Assembly: GCA_000002445.1 (NCBI GenBank)
Contig: CP000071.1
Location: 1,024,001 to 1,088,000, forward strand
Source of the DNA: Trypanosoma brucei
Lineage: Eukaryota
DNA length: 64,000 bases
Direction: 5' to 3'
Under the pieces are notes generated by a model, which had not been told where the DNA came from, did not search any database, and saw nothing but the letters and a program-made list of their open reading frames with translations. Numbering within the stretch: position 1 is the first letter of the stretch; each line of letters starts with the position of its first letter. The translations under genes were made by a program, and so were the position numbers. Positions 1 through 11,582 of the stretch are shown here, one piece after another.

Positions 1-1
1 A

Positions 2-247
2 GTCGCTGTGGACGAATATTTTCCCCTTAGTGAAACGGATTCCCATGTGCTCTTTTTATATTTACTTCCAGAGGCGCTTAATATTATCCGTGATAAATTG
101 TTGGAGGTCATTCAGCGCGTCCGGTTTGTTGTATCGAACCGTTGGGATATACCTTTTTTTTCCAATTGGAAAATTGGGCAGCTGCATACGTTAAACGTGT
201 ACTCCTACCGAGGAGAAAATATTAACTTGTCAAAGTGCAGTAGGTGA
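2..247 (+). CDS. Possible 3' end (C-terminal ~80 aa) of a gene that begins upstream of the window
   Basis: The reading frame is open from the first base of the window through the stop at 248-250. The sequence is protein-like and not low-complexity (...LLPEALNIIRDKLLEVIQRVRFVV...). No domain was recognised. Confidence 0.25.
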   Translation, partial: VAVDEYFPLSETDSHVLFLYLLPEALNIIRDKLLEVIQRVRFVVSNRWDIPFFSNWKIGQLHTLNVYSYRGENINLSKCSR

Positions 248-802
248 GATTTAAGCTAGGGTGCGTCTGTGGAACTATAATTTTCCCAGTGCCTACGTAT
301 ATTTGGAAAAACTCCATAAAATTATGTTTGTTTCACATGAACAGCACAGTGGGGGCAGCCATTTTTTTTTTTTTTTGGTGTGTGTGTTTTGCTCCATTGC
401 ACATTTTCCCTGTATAGTTTTCGTCTCCCATGCACGCACATGTACCACACCCTCTCTCGCTGCCCAAACTAATATGGACCGGGATTAGCTGTATTGTTGG
501 TGTAATTTATTGTCTGTAGTCATCTGTGTCTTATTTTGGTGACTCTTTTTTAAAGATTCATTCCGCGTTTTCCTTTGTTTCTTTTTTTTTTGTACATATT
601 TTAAACTGCGATGTGCCTGTAGGAGGGGGTGGGGCGTTATCGCTCGGGGTGTGCAGCTTGCCGTGGAACAAAGCGGGTCCACAAAGGTGTAACCTAAATA
701 AATCAACTAATATACATATATATATATATATATATATCTTTTTTGTTCACCAATACTTCAAATATTTTGTTATATCGTGGCCACCGGACGAGGTTTCGGT
801 GA

Positions 803-2308
803 ATGGATTTCCTTCAGTTTTGCTCATCGGAGCGGTACGTTAGCCGTGTGCCCGTTCACAATCTTTCCTTCCGCATCACACTGTGGCGCGCTCCTCTTGT
901 GGGAGAGCGACAACTGGAGCAATTGTGTACTTTAACAGTGCCATGGGGTGGGAAAGTATTTTCCCCTGCGGAGAGGTTGCAAAAGATACGCACCGGCGTC
1001 GCCATGACCACTCCAGACAGTAACGCAAGTACACGTGAGATACACACCGTTGTGCCGGGTCGGAGAGAAACCGATGGGGATGCAGCAGCTGCTGCCGATG
1101 ACGTTGAGAAACTGCGGGAGGATATCGCTAAGTTCTCATGTACTTTCTTTACTCGGCCGCCTAGTGAGGATTACGTCAGTGAGGCGAAGGAGAACTTACT
1201 TGTGGACCCACCGCAAGCAGCAAGTCCACATGTCCAAATAATCTTACGTGAGCATCAAAACCAGCACCAGGAAGGCAACAGAATGTACTTCATGTGGGCT
1301 TCTGGGGAAATTTTGGGGCCAAGTGAGGGGAAGTTTGATGATGCACAGTGGAAGGGACAAGAACGTGTCATATGTACAATAACGGCGGAGCGAAATAGCT
1401 TGTGTTTTACAGCCAAGCCTTCTCTCAACAAAACTCACACGCTGTTGGTGGACTCTTTGTATGTGTATTCCTTTGTTATTACTCCACTGCAGGCCTGTGA
1501 GCCACGCCCCGACGAGCCAACATCAACCGATTTCGTAGAGCAAATACACGAAATGGTCGCACGTATAAAGGACGACTTGAAATCGCCACACTTCGACAGG
1601 CGAGGTATTCTTCACCAGATACTTTTGCAACAGCTGCACACAGCTCCTTCGGATGAGCTGCCGCCGCGCCTGGACAGTCCATCGTCCCCCTGCTTTCCCC
1701 AGTCTGCGATACGTGACAGTCGTGTGCGATATTACTTGTTTGGAGTTGTTGAGCGCTGCACTTGTGTTGCCGCAGACACACTCTACCTTCATTGTCAATG
1801 GCAGCGTGGGGGCGATAACGAAGATGAGGACGACAAAAGAAACTTATGGAATGAGGGAACACTGGATGGTTTCACGACTCAGCTCTCCTTTGCTAGCAGC
1901 ATGATTATGGATCAGTTTATCCCCGTGTCCATGCATACCTTCAACACCCCATTTGATTACCATTTCGATGGATGGGGCCCTTCACCACTGCGCCTCCTCA
2001 TCACGGCTTATGATGATGAGGGATTGTCAGTTGGCGGACCACAGTCACCAATCGGTTACGCTGCGGTAACGGTACCACATTTCTTGCCAGGTTGCCATCC
2101 GCTTCGAGCCCCGCTGTGGCGCCCGCGGCCAACAGGCCGTGAGTTTGTGCGCTCAGCACTGATGGGTGGCGGGCCGGCACTTGTTGATGTGCGTGACACC
2201 GCGCCCCGTGGTGGAGGCGGAATTTCGGTAAAATGTGGCCTCGTTTCGGAGCCGACCGGGACGGTGGAGCTGCGTGTGACGGTGTTTCATCAAGTGGGAC
2301 CACTCTAG
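803..2308 (+). CDS. MKS1: B9-domain ciliary transition-zone protein, MKS1-like. An alternative start at M1004 (MTTPDSNAST...) is possible.
   Basis: The C-terminal region contains ...HFDGWGPSPLRLLITAYDDEGLSVGGPQSPIGYAAVTVPHFLPGCHPLRAPLWRP. This matches the conserved B9-domain signature of MKS1, B9D1 and B9D2 (GYG..-P--PG-H-----LWRP). A protein of about 435-500 aa fits MKS1 better than the roughly 200-aa B9D1 or B9D2. A polypyrimidine tract at 720-775 lies upstream. Confidence 0.5.
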   Translation: MDFLQFCSSERYVSRVPVHNLSFRITLWRAPLVGERQLEQLCTLTVPWGGKVFSPAERLQKIRTGVAMTTPDSNASTREIHTVVPGRRETDGDAAAAADDVEKLREDIAKFSCTFFTRPPSEDYVSEAKENLLVDPPQAASPHVQIILREHQNQHQEGNRMYFMWASGEILGPSEGKFDDAQWKGQERVICTITAERNSLCFTAKPSLNKTHTLLVDSLYVYSFVITPLQACEPRPDEPTSTDFVEQIHEMVARIKDDLKSPHFDRRGILHQILLQQLHTAPSDELPPRLDSPSSPCFPQSAIRDSRVRYYLFGVVERCTCVAADTLYLHCQWQRGGDNEDEDDKRNLWNEGTLDGFTTQLSFASSMIMDQFIPVSMHTFNTPFDYHFDGWGPSPLRLLITAYDDEGLSVGGPQSPIGYAAVTVPHFLPGCHPLRAPLWRPRPTGREFVRSALMGGGPALVDVRDTAPRGGGGISVKCGLVSEPTGTVELRVTVFHQVGPL

Positions 2309-2824
2309 TAGTGAATGATCTTGGAGTGCTTTCATTCTTCTTAAATGTTTTCCCTTACTGTCTTACTGGATGAACTGAAGGGTCTTAATGCAAGCTGTGC
2401 CACGATGCACATTTATTATTTCTTGCTTGGCGGAAAGACAGTTGTTAACTGGGTTTTTGTTTCAATTGCTATTTTTTTTGTTACTATGCATGTGTCCACG
2501 CTGAATCAGACATTAGCATCTGTCACAAACGATCGATTGTGCCGTTGGCCTCGTTATTACCGTTGACTAGTTGCGATGTTGCTTCTCTCTGGTCATCCAC
2601 ATTATTGTTTTCATTGTTACTACCGTTTGTAGATGTGTTGCTTAGCTTGATGATCTATATTATCGGTTCCTCCCTTTTACTTCCTTACCAAATGAAAGCG
2701 AAGAACACACTGTGACGATAATTAACGTGAGAGTCTACCAAATTGTTTCAGACTGTGGCATATCAAAACTTGGGGGAACGTTTCATTGAAACTGCAGGAT
2801 AGCCGACCGACGAGGAACTCGTGA

Positions 2825-3160
2825 ATGAGTGTTGGGAAATTTAAACGGTCAAATGGAGAACCCGCTTTCGCACAAGTGTGCGCGGTGCCAAGCATACCGG
2901 CACTGCTGCGGCCGCAGTTTGAAGTCATTCGTGAGGAGAATATCGAGGCTCTGAATCGTCGCATGGGACGTACCGAAGCCTCTCGGATGGAAGCGGAAAA
3001 GATCAAGGAAAGGTGCGCACAGGCGCGGGAGCAACGCAGCAGGAGGCTGCAAGAAAGAATCGAAACAATACAGAAAAGATCGGTGCGATTAGCAAGTGCT
3101 GCAGCACTACGTGAGGAAAGACGGCTGAAGGCAGAATGGCGTCAAATGTGCCGCTGGTAA
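2825..3160 (+). CDS. Small basic, charged (coiled-coil-like) hypothetical protein
   Basis: 111-aa ORF with non-repetitive, highly charged sequence (EAEKIKERCAQAREQRSRRLQERIETIQKR...). No domain was recognised. It may equally be untranslated UTR sequence. Confidence 0.25.
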   Translation: MSVGKFKRSNGEPAFAQVCAVPSIPALLRPQFEVIREENIEALNRRMGRTEASRMEAEKIKERCAQAREQRSRRLQERIETIQKRSVRLASAAALREERRLKAEWRQMCRW

Positions 3161-3790
3161 TACTCATAGACAAGAGATACAAAAAACGTTTAGAATAGCT
3201 TGGTAGCAGTCCAGCTCCAACTGCACATCATAGATCCACCTTTTAATCTTCCTTTGTTGCTGTTGCGTTGGTAATGTTATCAGTTCTTTACCGTAGCAAA
3301 AGTTATACCGGGCGGTGCGGTGTTGTTGTTTTTTCTCTCCTGGTCAACGCTTTCAGAATAGCGGGCCCTACGACAGTACTGCATTCGGTTCGGAAACATG
3401 GGAATTCCCCTTTTATTTCCCTCCTTCGTCATGGCTAACAGCTACGGACGCACACCGTATGCTTGCTTCTGGTCCATGATGCGATTAGCGCGTTGTTTGG
3501 CGTGTGCGTGGGGTGGTTTGCAAACCTATTTCGTACCCACCTATTATTTCCATCCCTTCTTCCGGACCTCAATCGTGTATCTCTTCTCTTCTTTCTTTTT
3601 TTTTTAATGCTTTTTTTTTTTCTAAATACTGTAACCACTGTTAGCCTCCTCTCGTTCGAAGGACTGACAGCATCTGCGATTGACATCAAAGGAAACCCCT
3701 ACGTGTGTGTGTGTGTGTGTCTGTGCACATTGTGGTGACCACAATAACAGTGGCATAAGCCAAATAGCACATCTGGAATTAAGTAGCGTA

Positions 3791-4213
3791 ATGCGGGGCT
3801 CTACGGATCCTGCTAACGTTGATCAGTACGACTCCCGTACCTACACGCGGAAGGGACTTGCGACGCGTGTCGTAGTCCGTGAAAAGCCATATGTTAAATC
3901 GCGCTCGCAGCGGCTAGTCGACTTCCTTCGACCTTCGATGCGCACTGGTTATAACGTTGTGCAGGGGTTTGAGCTGGCTAAGGTGATGTTCTGCGTCATA
4001 TTCCCTGTTTTCATGCTCATATATTGGAAAAGCGTCCAGCGGAAACTTCCAGACCAATGGGAAAGCCAACTTTCTGGGCTGCAGCATCGTCAACTGAAGG
4101 AGGAGGCGGTTCCTGAGCACGACACGGATTATTTTTCGATTATTGAGACCTTTCAAGAGCGGCGAGAGAAAGCGCTGCAAAAGAAACAAAGGGAGGTGGT
4201 AGGGACCTCTTAG
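3791..4213 (+). CDS. Small hypothetical protein with one predicted TM helix. The computed ORF starts at 3680 inside a GT repeat, so the realistic start is M3791.
   Basis: The ORF is preceded by a long polypyrimidine tract (3585-3625) and a (GT)n run. It has a hydrophobic segment (VMFCVIFPVFMLIYW) and a charged C-terminus. Confidence 0.3.
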   Translation: MRGSTDPANVDQYDSRTYTRKGLATRVVVREKPYVKSRSQRLVDFLRPSMRTGYNVVQGFELAKVMFCVIFPVFMLIYWKSVQRKLPDQWESQLSGLQHRQLKEEAVPEHDTDYFSIIETFQERREKALQKKQREVVGTS

Positions 4214-4722
4214 CCAGCTATCAATATGTCAAACCACTTGAAGGAAGGAAAGGTCGAATGCAAACATGTTGACGCGTGCACATGTAGCTTGTAACTGAGT
4301 GACGGCACATGTAGTACCTCCACCCTCCGTACTGGACACACATGTAAATACGGCTCCGTGCAATTGGATACTTCAAATGAACTTTGACGTGTCTGCAGTA
4401 GATTTTAGCTGTTGCCTCTGTTATTTTCTTTTGGGTTTCATGATGGTTGTGGGAGTGTGTTGATGCCCTTCATCCTTCATTTCGAATTTCACCAATGATC
4501 GCTAGCACAACCGTGTGTGCTATAATTGAACCTAAGGTTTGAACGTTGCGTGCACGACAAATACATAAAATATCATTTCGCTGGATATTCCTTCCTTCCT
4601 TCTAAATATAACACTGATATCACGTACTCGCTGTGTTTGGGTGTGGGTCATTTGTTCACTCTTTTTTTTTCATTTTCAGTGCACAACTCAAAAGGATATT
4701 TTCACTCGTTGGCAATTTGACC

Positions 4723-5610
4723 ATGGACGGACGGAACGGCTCAAAGAGGGCCCGAAGTGAGCCCGCTAATGGTCCCAACCAAAGCAACGTGGGAACTTCA
4801 GGTGTTGAGGAGCCGCACGTTGAGGAGGTGCCGGCTCGTGATCCGGAACTGGAACGGCAACTGGACCGCTTGAACATTGACGACAATCTAAAGGAATCCC
4901 TGCGCGGCTTGTCGCCTTCCACTCGGGGAGAAGTAATGAATGATATCATCCGAAGTGAAACTATCGAGAGGGCCAGCAGTTTGATGGAGCAAGCCAACTT
5001 ATTGTCTTTAATTGAACTTAGGCGGTTACCGGAGTTAATGGAGGAGGGAATGTCTTCCCAACATTACAGGGCAGACGTTGATGACGATAGTGAGCTACAT
5101 GAGTTTGGTCAAGCTCTGGAAGACATGCAGGCCGATGGTCAGTCGCCGTCTCCGCAGCGTGGGCGCCCTCATGGGATGCTCCACACGCCCGGCCCACTTA
5201 TTCTGGAGTTCCTAAGGGCGTTCGCTGCTGGAACCCATGCTGCTTTTGCCGATGCGGCGGGTGTATCGGAGCACCTCAACATACTTTCCGAGCTGGCAGC
5301 ACAGCGCGCCATGGGGGTGACGGAAGACGTTGATAACATGTCATATGAGGAGTTGCTGGAGTTAGAAGATAAAATCGGGTATGTCAGTAGAGGTGTAAAG
5401 CCAGAAGATGTGCAGAAATGTGTGAAGGATGTTCCTACGCCTCATGAAGGTAACTGTGTCGTGTGTCAGTGTGAATGGTCGGATAACGCAGAAACGGCGC
5501 CCGCTGTGGTTGAGTTAAACCGGTGCAAACATGTGTTCCATCGCACCTGCATCAGGGAATGGCTCCTCAAAAACAAGAAGTGCCCCGTATGCACGCAAGA
5601 GGTTGTTTGA
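4723..5610 (+). CDS. RING-H2 zinc-finger protein, a putative E3 ubiquitin ligase. The start is taken at M4723; the computed ORF from 4633 reads through a polypyrimidine tract.
   Basis: The C-terminus reads CVVCQCEWSDNAETAPAVVELNRCKHVFHRTCIREWLLKNKKCPVCTQEV. This fits the C3H2C3 RING-H2 spacing, including the conserved W after the second His. Confidence 0.6.
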   Translation: MDGRNGSKRARSEPANGPNQSNVGTSGVEEPHVEEVPARDPELERQLDRLNIDDNLKESLRGLSPSTRGEVMNDIIRSETIERASSLMEQANLLSLIELRRLPELMEEGMSSQHYRADVDDDSELHEFGQALEDMQADGQSPSPQRGRPHGMLHTPGPLILEFLRAFAAGTHAAFADAAGVSEHLNILSELAAQRAMGVTEDVDNMSYEELLELEDKIGYVSRGVKPEDVQKCVKDVPTPHEGNCVVCQCEWSDNAETAPAVVELNRCKHVFHRTCIREWLLKNKKCPVCTQEVV

Positions 5611-8468
5611 AGAGGAAATCACAGCGAAACAGATGGGTAGACGAAAAGTGAAAAAGGGGGAGAGCGCACTGCGTTTTGAAAGTGGATGGTAGGGCAGCCA
5701 AATGGGTCCGTTCGTCAATGATAGTGCAAATGGAAGGAACCGAAGCGGAGATATTTATTTCCCTCCCTCTTCACTACAATAAGAGGAAGAAGGAGGAGGA
5801 AGAAGGTCAAAATAAGGGAAGCAAAGGAGTGAAGCACACGTATATATACATATACATAAACATATATGTATATATAGACGAACGGGAGGGAAATCGCATA
5901 TATACGTACGACAGTGGGGAAAGTAACAGTTTAGCGGGAAGGGCAATTAAATTTCGAGGGCATGAATTTTTTTTGTTTGTTGAACAAGAAGGAGGAGACA
6001 CGTAGATGCCCTATACAAGAAGCAACAAAGAGACCTACAAGGTGGCGAAGTCTCTGTTTCTTTTTTTGTTTCACTCCTTTGTATAAGGAGGTAAAAACAG
6101 AAAGGAAGCATCAGGGGGAAATATGAAAAGGATATTAGACTAATGTGAATATGTCTACTTGATTTACGTTTTTTTCCTATTTTTTTCACCATTTTCCTCA
6201 GGTCGTGGGATCTGCATATGTACCGGCACCGCGGCTGCAGTGAACTTAAAAACTGAGGCACACTAAAGTAATTATTTATGCTTCTACGGATGCGGTGGTG
6301 GCGTTTTCAGCGGCGGGGTTGAGGAAAAATGTTGATTTTCCTTTTTTTGATGTTTTTTTTAAAAAGTTTTCTTGGTACGACGTGATTGATCGCGAGTAAT
6401 TTCCAAGGAGGTGAAGCAAAAGAAAAAAACAGGGGGCATATGGTCGTAAAATATATGCGGGACTTGGTGGCTTAAGTAAAAGGCACAAATTTTTTTTTTC
6501 ATTTTTCTTTTCTTCTGCTTATCTCGGTATCGCTGCTTGTTGCTTGTCTTGTTCTTCATAGTGGATTTGTGGGCAGCTTCACCGTTTTAAACATTCAGAG
6601 AAAGTAAGAAATGAAATGAAAATGGCGACTTGATATTGATATCTTTTGAAGTAGTTACATGGTTGATGAAGAAAGTGAAGAAGGAGAAACAAGAAGAAAA
6701 TTGATGCGCGTAGCACCATCACATTCGTGGGTTCGTATCTTTTCTGTTTTGTTTCGTTCTTGTTTAGGCATTATATTTGTACAGCTCTCTTCTCTCCCAA
6801 TGCTTCATATTCCATCCCTTATGTTTATCTTCCCTTATCTTCGTTTTCCTTTTTCTCCACAACCGATGTTGTTGCTGCCGCCATATGGTATTGTGGAGCG
6901 TGCGATTTACAAGCAGTTCCATTGCTAAAACACTTATTATCATTATTTATTATTATTACTCAGCGCTTCAAATTTCCCGCACAATCATCTTTTTTGTTTT
7001 GTTTGTTTGTACACACTCAAATATATATATATATATATATATATATACGGTTGCTACCATGCCGTGCTGATGTTGTTGTTGAAGTGCTTTGCTTTTCAAT
7101 TTTGTTTTAAATTGTTTTTCCTTGTGTAATTAAAAAAAAATGTTTACCCATGCTTATTGTTGATATAAATATTTGAGGTGTTACTACACACACTCCATTT
7201 TGCCTTTTCTTTCTTTCCCCCCTCTCATTTACTCTCGAGAGGGAAAATGAATAAATGAATGAGTTGAAGATGAATAAAATAATGAGTATTTGTCACGTTC
7301 TTATGAGTGCATGAGAGTAGGGAGAGAGGGAAAAAGGGAAAGGGCAAAAAAAAAAAAGTGTGAAATGAAATATGCTATGAAGAAAAAAAATAAGAAAAGT
7401 GAACCAAACATTTTTGAAAGGAAAAAAAAGCAATGAAAATGAAATCCAGCAACGGCACCGACCGTAAACACAACACTAACGCCACCAAACTAATCTATTG
7501 CAGAATGACAAGTGGTGGGAAAGGATGGAGATATTTCGTGTTTATTTGTTTGAAAAAATTAAAAGTTGTTTCAAGTGTAGGTTAGGTGAATACAAACGAA
7601 AAGTGAAAAGATGAGGAAACATCTCTTTGTTTTCTTTTCTTTCTTTTTTTTTCCTGTTTCTGTGTGTGTGTGTGTGTGTGTGTCTCTACGGTGTTTTTGT
7701 CGTCGTCGTCGGTATCATTTCACTTCCATTTTTCCTTTTGTTTTGTTGCTGATTCTCTGTGCAGGAACTTTCTGCGTGTGTTCTTTGGATGATATTGGAA
7801 GGGGTAAGAGTAGTAAGAGGAGATGGTGGGAAAGCGAAAGGATATATAAGGAAACGAAAATTTGTACTGAACATATGGTTATCACTGTTGGGCGTGTTAT
7901 GTTCATGTGAAGAATGTAAAAAGTTTCTCATCGGGTGGTTGTTGTTGTGATGCGGAAGGAAGTGAAGCGAGCGGAGAGACATGAAAGAAAAAAGAGCGGT
8001 ATCTAAAGAAAAAAAGAAAGTGGGCCATTTAACGCATACTTGTGCACGCGTTTCTGCGGTGGTATTTGTGGGTGTGTTTTATGGAATGTTGATTCTGCTC
8101 TCGTATTTGCTCACCCATCCACGAAAACTTACACAAACCTCAAACCCGCATTTTCTTTTCCATGCAAGAGTGTGGAAATGAATGAAGAAGGTAGAAAACC
8201 AAGGGAGAGGAAAACAACCCAAAAAGTTTCTTGTCGTTCTCACTTTAAACGTGTACGTACTCGAAAATTTCCCCAAATTTTGATAACAAACAAGGTTGGT
8301 TATGTTAGCTTTCTCAGTTGTTTTTACTACTTTACATTATTATCACCTCCTACCCACATCTTTTCTCCTTTCAACTCCTCATATTTCCACACGCCAAGCT
8401 CCTTTCTTGCTTGTTTGCCTTGAGGCATCGCAATCAGCTCTTTTTTGCTTTGTTTCTCGCCAGAAGCG

Positions 8469-9173
8469 ATGTCATCTGATCTTTTGCGAGAGTACGAAAA
8501 CGACTTCAACGAAACTCTAAAGGAGGCAAACGATGTTGCGTCCCGCCTGCAGGAGTCCCTACAACGAAGCGGTGTTTCGTATCAGGCGCCGCCAGCCGCG
8601 GGGCCACAGAGCCGCAGCCAACAGTGCCATTCGCTCCAACAAAGTCTCACACGACTCCGTGAACTTATTACGAACATGTCGTACGAAAGCAATGAAGTTG
8701 AGCCCGCTTCGGCAAAGGAGGAAGTGAAGCGCCGTCTGGAGGACTACCGCGGAAAGCTGGTGGCGCTTGAAAAACAGTTGTCTCGCCTTCGGCAGGAATC
8801 GAGGGAGGCGGACCGAACAGATCTTTTGGGCAACGGAAGAGAAATGGGAGATGATGGCGGATCCATGGAGGAGCACGCGCGGATGCTTGGAACTACGACG
8901 AAGTTGAAGGAAGGCACTGGCGCCCTGCAGAAGGCAGAGGCGCTGCTTCACGGCACAAACGAATTGGGATTAGAAACCCTTTCAGTCGTGAGGGGACAAA
9001 CAGAAACTATGAAGCATATCCACGGTGTAGTGATTGACGTCGACGATGACGTTACGGAATCACGGCGTATCGTCCACCGCATGCAGCAGGTTGCAAGAAA
9101 ACAGAAGTTGATCATGGCTGGTGTGATAGGTATGTTGGTGTTTACCTTTCTAATCATTGTATTTTGGAAGTGA
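8469..9173 (+). CDS. Tail-anchored Q-SNARE (Qb/Qc-type)
   Basis: The protein has an N-terminal coiled-coil region followed by a heptad SNARE motif with a central Gln (LETLSVVRGQTETMKHIHGVVIDVDDDVTESRRIVHRMQQ). This is followed directly by a C-terminal TM anchor (KLIMAGVIGMLVFTFLIIVFWK) at the extreme C-terminus. The first 8 codons of the computed ORF (from 8445) look like leader sequence. Confidence 0.5.
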   Translation: MSSDLLREYENDFNETLKEANDVASRLQESLQRSGVSYQAPPAAGPQSRSQQCHSLQQSLTRLRELITNMSYESNEVEPASAKEEVKRRLEDYRGKLVALEKQLSRLRQESREADRTDLLGNGREMGDDGGSMEEHARMLGTTTKLKEGTGALQKAEALLHGTNELGLETLSVVRGQTETMKHIHGVVIDVDDDVTESRRIVHRMQQVARKQKLIMAGVIGMLVFTFLIIVFWK

Positions 9174-9632
9174 CATTGGTCGGCCTTGCTCTGCGTGGCG
9201 ACAAATCTTTCTTATCAGTGGCCATATAGCCCCGCACTATTAACCGACCCAGATGCTATGAGAACGAACCAAGCAACAAATGGGCTGCGGTGCGTGCATT
9301 TGATGTGCCGTATTCGAGGGGTGGATTGACTGAGGGCACGTCGGAAGATGATAAAATTAGTAGTGTACTTGCTGTCTCCTTCTTGGTATCATTTGCGCGT
9401 GCTTTCTCTGTCGCTTTCTTTCCCTCTCATATTTTATTCGTCGTGCTGGACATAAACTTCTCTCTCGTTGTAATGGAGTGGGAGGTGCCAGCAACTTTTA
9501 AACGCACGCGTCTAGCACACACAGCCACACCTACACACAGGGTTATGTTTATATCCGCAGTGCATAAATGTTTGCGTATCTCCTCCATCACGTCCTTTTT
9601 GTATTTTCTTACATCCTTTACTTCAAGTATAA

Positions 9633-11582
9633 TTGACAAATAATCGTCACAAATTCATTTTCTTGGGGCCACCGGCAGGCAAAGCAGGTAAGGGCTGTGG
9701 TTACGTTTCGGCAGTGGCTCGTGCGTCTATAGGTCGAAACACATATACCATAAATATGACAGAAGGGATGGACCGCAGGAATGACAAACTCGTGGGGAGG
9801 TCTGCGGAGTTAACTGCGCCACCAGCTATTTCTCAGCTCTACGAGGAGTTGTCTTCTGAACTCGAGGGAGTTACTGCAGCGTACAATCTTCTTATGGATT
9901 TCTTGAGGGAGCCTGTGCAGGATGATGATCCCTCAGGCCGCACCGGTGACGTTCTGAAGCGGCTGGCGGCTCTACTGAAATTCATATCGCAGCGGTTGTA
10001 TTGCAGGTTGCGTGATGCCTCCATAGGATTCGTGCGGGAGAGTGGTGCGGGTGAAGTCAAGCGGTACTCGAAGGAATTGAGTAATTTACGGGGTGTAATT
10101 CGGTCGGGAGCGGAGCAACGACGAGTCTCTGACGAACACGGCACACCACAAGTGGGGAAAAACAGCCGATTCTTTTTCGCCATTTCCTCCCTTTACAACA
10201 GGGAAGAGCGGGACCGCACAAGCAAGCTCGTGTCACGTGGGCTTAAGAAGAAGGTGCTCATGCTTCCTTCGCCTAATGCTGAAGAAGAAGAAAGTGAAGC
10301 AGAAACAGCGCTCAAGATGGGATGCAACGTCCTTGTTTCTCCGCAAATAGAAAAGGCTACATGGGCCGCTCGGATTGTAACGATGGAGTCGCTTTCAGAG
10401 TTTGTGTACAGGAAGTGTGGTGATGAAGGTGAGTGGGATTCCGCGCGACAGTTAGAAGACGGCGAATGTGATATCGACGAAGAGTTGGATGAGTTGCTTA
10501 ATCAGTTGGAGGATACTTCCCGAAATCAAGTTTCCCAGTTTGTTGTCGAGTTTCCCGAGGCTGAGGAAGCGTCTCACTCGGAAGTGGTCCCGCGAGACCT
10601 CCTGCGTGGGTTTAATGGCCTGTCTTCCCAATCAGTATACGCAGATGTCGACTCGCAAATCGCAGTTCCCGCATGTGGGCTGGATAGCGGTAGGCGCCCG
10701 GTTCTCCTCCCTGCGAGAAGGACTTATTCGGATAGTCAGATGGGTTTATTGCTGGGCAATTCTGTTGATTTCGATGGAGACATGCCCTCGCAGGTGATAC
10801 GCTACAAGCGCGAGCCATCGCCGATATCATCTCCGGAGGGTTCCTTTTCTGAGGAGAGCTTAGAGACACTGTCACCATCGAAGTGGTGTTTTCAGGTTAG
10901 TCACCTGGTGGAGGAAAGGGAAGAAGTTATAAGTGCCATAGGGAAACTTGGGGCACGAGTTGTAACAAGAGGGACGTACTGCAAAGAAACAACTCATTTG
11001 GTTATAGCCGGAGGTGCAACAGAGCGCACGGCGGCATTTCTTGGCTGCTGCGCCGCTTTAAAGCATGTCGTCACGCCCCGTTACGTGTTTGAGTCGCGTG
11101 CACGGGGGCGGTGGATTGTTGGCCGTCTACATGAGTACGAGAGAAATCCTCTGCTAAGAGATTGGGTGATTCCAACCCGGGCAGTGTTTGGTGGGTGGCG
11201 TGTAGCCCTTTTTACGACGAGCATAGAAGTGGAACAAGGTATAACAAACGTTCTAGAGGCAGGTGGCTGCAAAAGTATTACACCCTTTAGGATAGGTCAC
11301 GAAAGCACTGCGGCAGTGGATCCCTCAACCATACAAAAGTTCTCCCATATACTCGTGGAATGCTTTCAAAGTGTTAAAGAGTTGTCTTACTTTATTCCTC
11401 CTCCCAAATTTCCTGAGCAACTGATGCACATGAACGTTGAGATATATGCACTGGAATTACTCCATCAGGTGTTATGCCTTGCCACCTCACCTATCTTCGA
11501 CGCAACGGGTCGGCTCATGGATGGTCAAAAGCTTCCCGAATGGTGCTACGTAATGAAAGCTGGGGGCAGTGTACAAAAATAA
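9633..11582 (+). CDS. Hypothetical protein with a BRCT domain. An alternative start at M9756 is possible.
   Basis: The segment WCFQVSHLVEEREEVISAIGKLGARVVTRGTYCKETTHLVIAGGATERTAAFLGCCAALKHVVTPRYVFES has the BRCT pattern (THLIA...T.K...A...vV...WV..s). The N-terminus is acidic and low-complexity. Confidence 0.45.
   Translation: MTNNRHKFIFLGPPAGKAGKGCGYVSAVARASIGRNTYTINMTEGMDRRNDKLVGRSAELTAPPAISQLYEELSSELEGVTAAYNLLMDFLREPVQDDDPSGRTGDVLKRLAALLKFISQRLYCRLRDASIGFVRESGAGEVKRYSKELSNLRGVIRSGAEQRRVSDEHGTPQVGKNSRFFFAISSLYNREERDRTSKLVSRGLKKKVLMLPSPNAEEEESEAETALKMGCNVLVSPQIEKATWAARIVTMESLSEFVYRKCGDEGEWDSARQLEDGECDIDEELDELLNQLEDTSRNQVSQFVVEFPEAEEASHSEVVPRDLLRGFNGLSSQSVYADVDSQIAVPACGLDSGRRPVLLPARRTYSDSQMGLLLGNSVDFDGDMPSQVIRYKREPSPISSPEGSFSEESLETLSPSKWCFQVSHLVEEREEVISAIGKLGARVVTRGTYCKETTHLVIAGGATERTAAFLGCCAALKHVVTPRYVFESRARGRWIVGRLHEYERNPLLRDWVIPTRAVFGGWRVALFTTSIEVEQGITNVLEAGGCKSITPFRIGHESTAAVDPSTIQKFSHILVECFQSVKELSYFIPPPKFPEQLMHMNVEIYALELLHQVLCLATSPIFDATGRLMDGQKLPEWCYVMKAGGSVQK

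Noticed and set aside
8559-8951. Antisense or alternative-frame ORFs nested inside long genes (for example 8559-8951(-) inside the SNARE gene, 13015-13389(-), 14777-15226(-), 35323-35667(+), 45473-45796(-) and 55075-55383(+))
   Set aside because: Each is fully contained within a much longer ORF on the other strand or in another frame that has recognisable domains. Kinetoplastid polycistronic units do not have overlapping antisense genes, so these are treated as chance ORFs.
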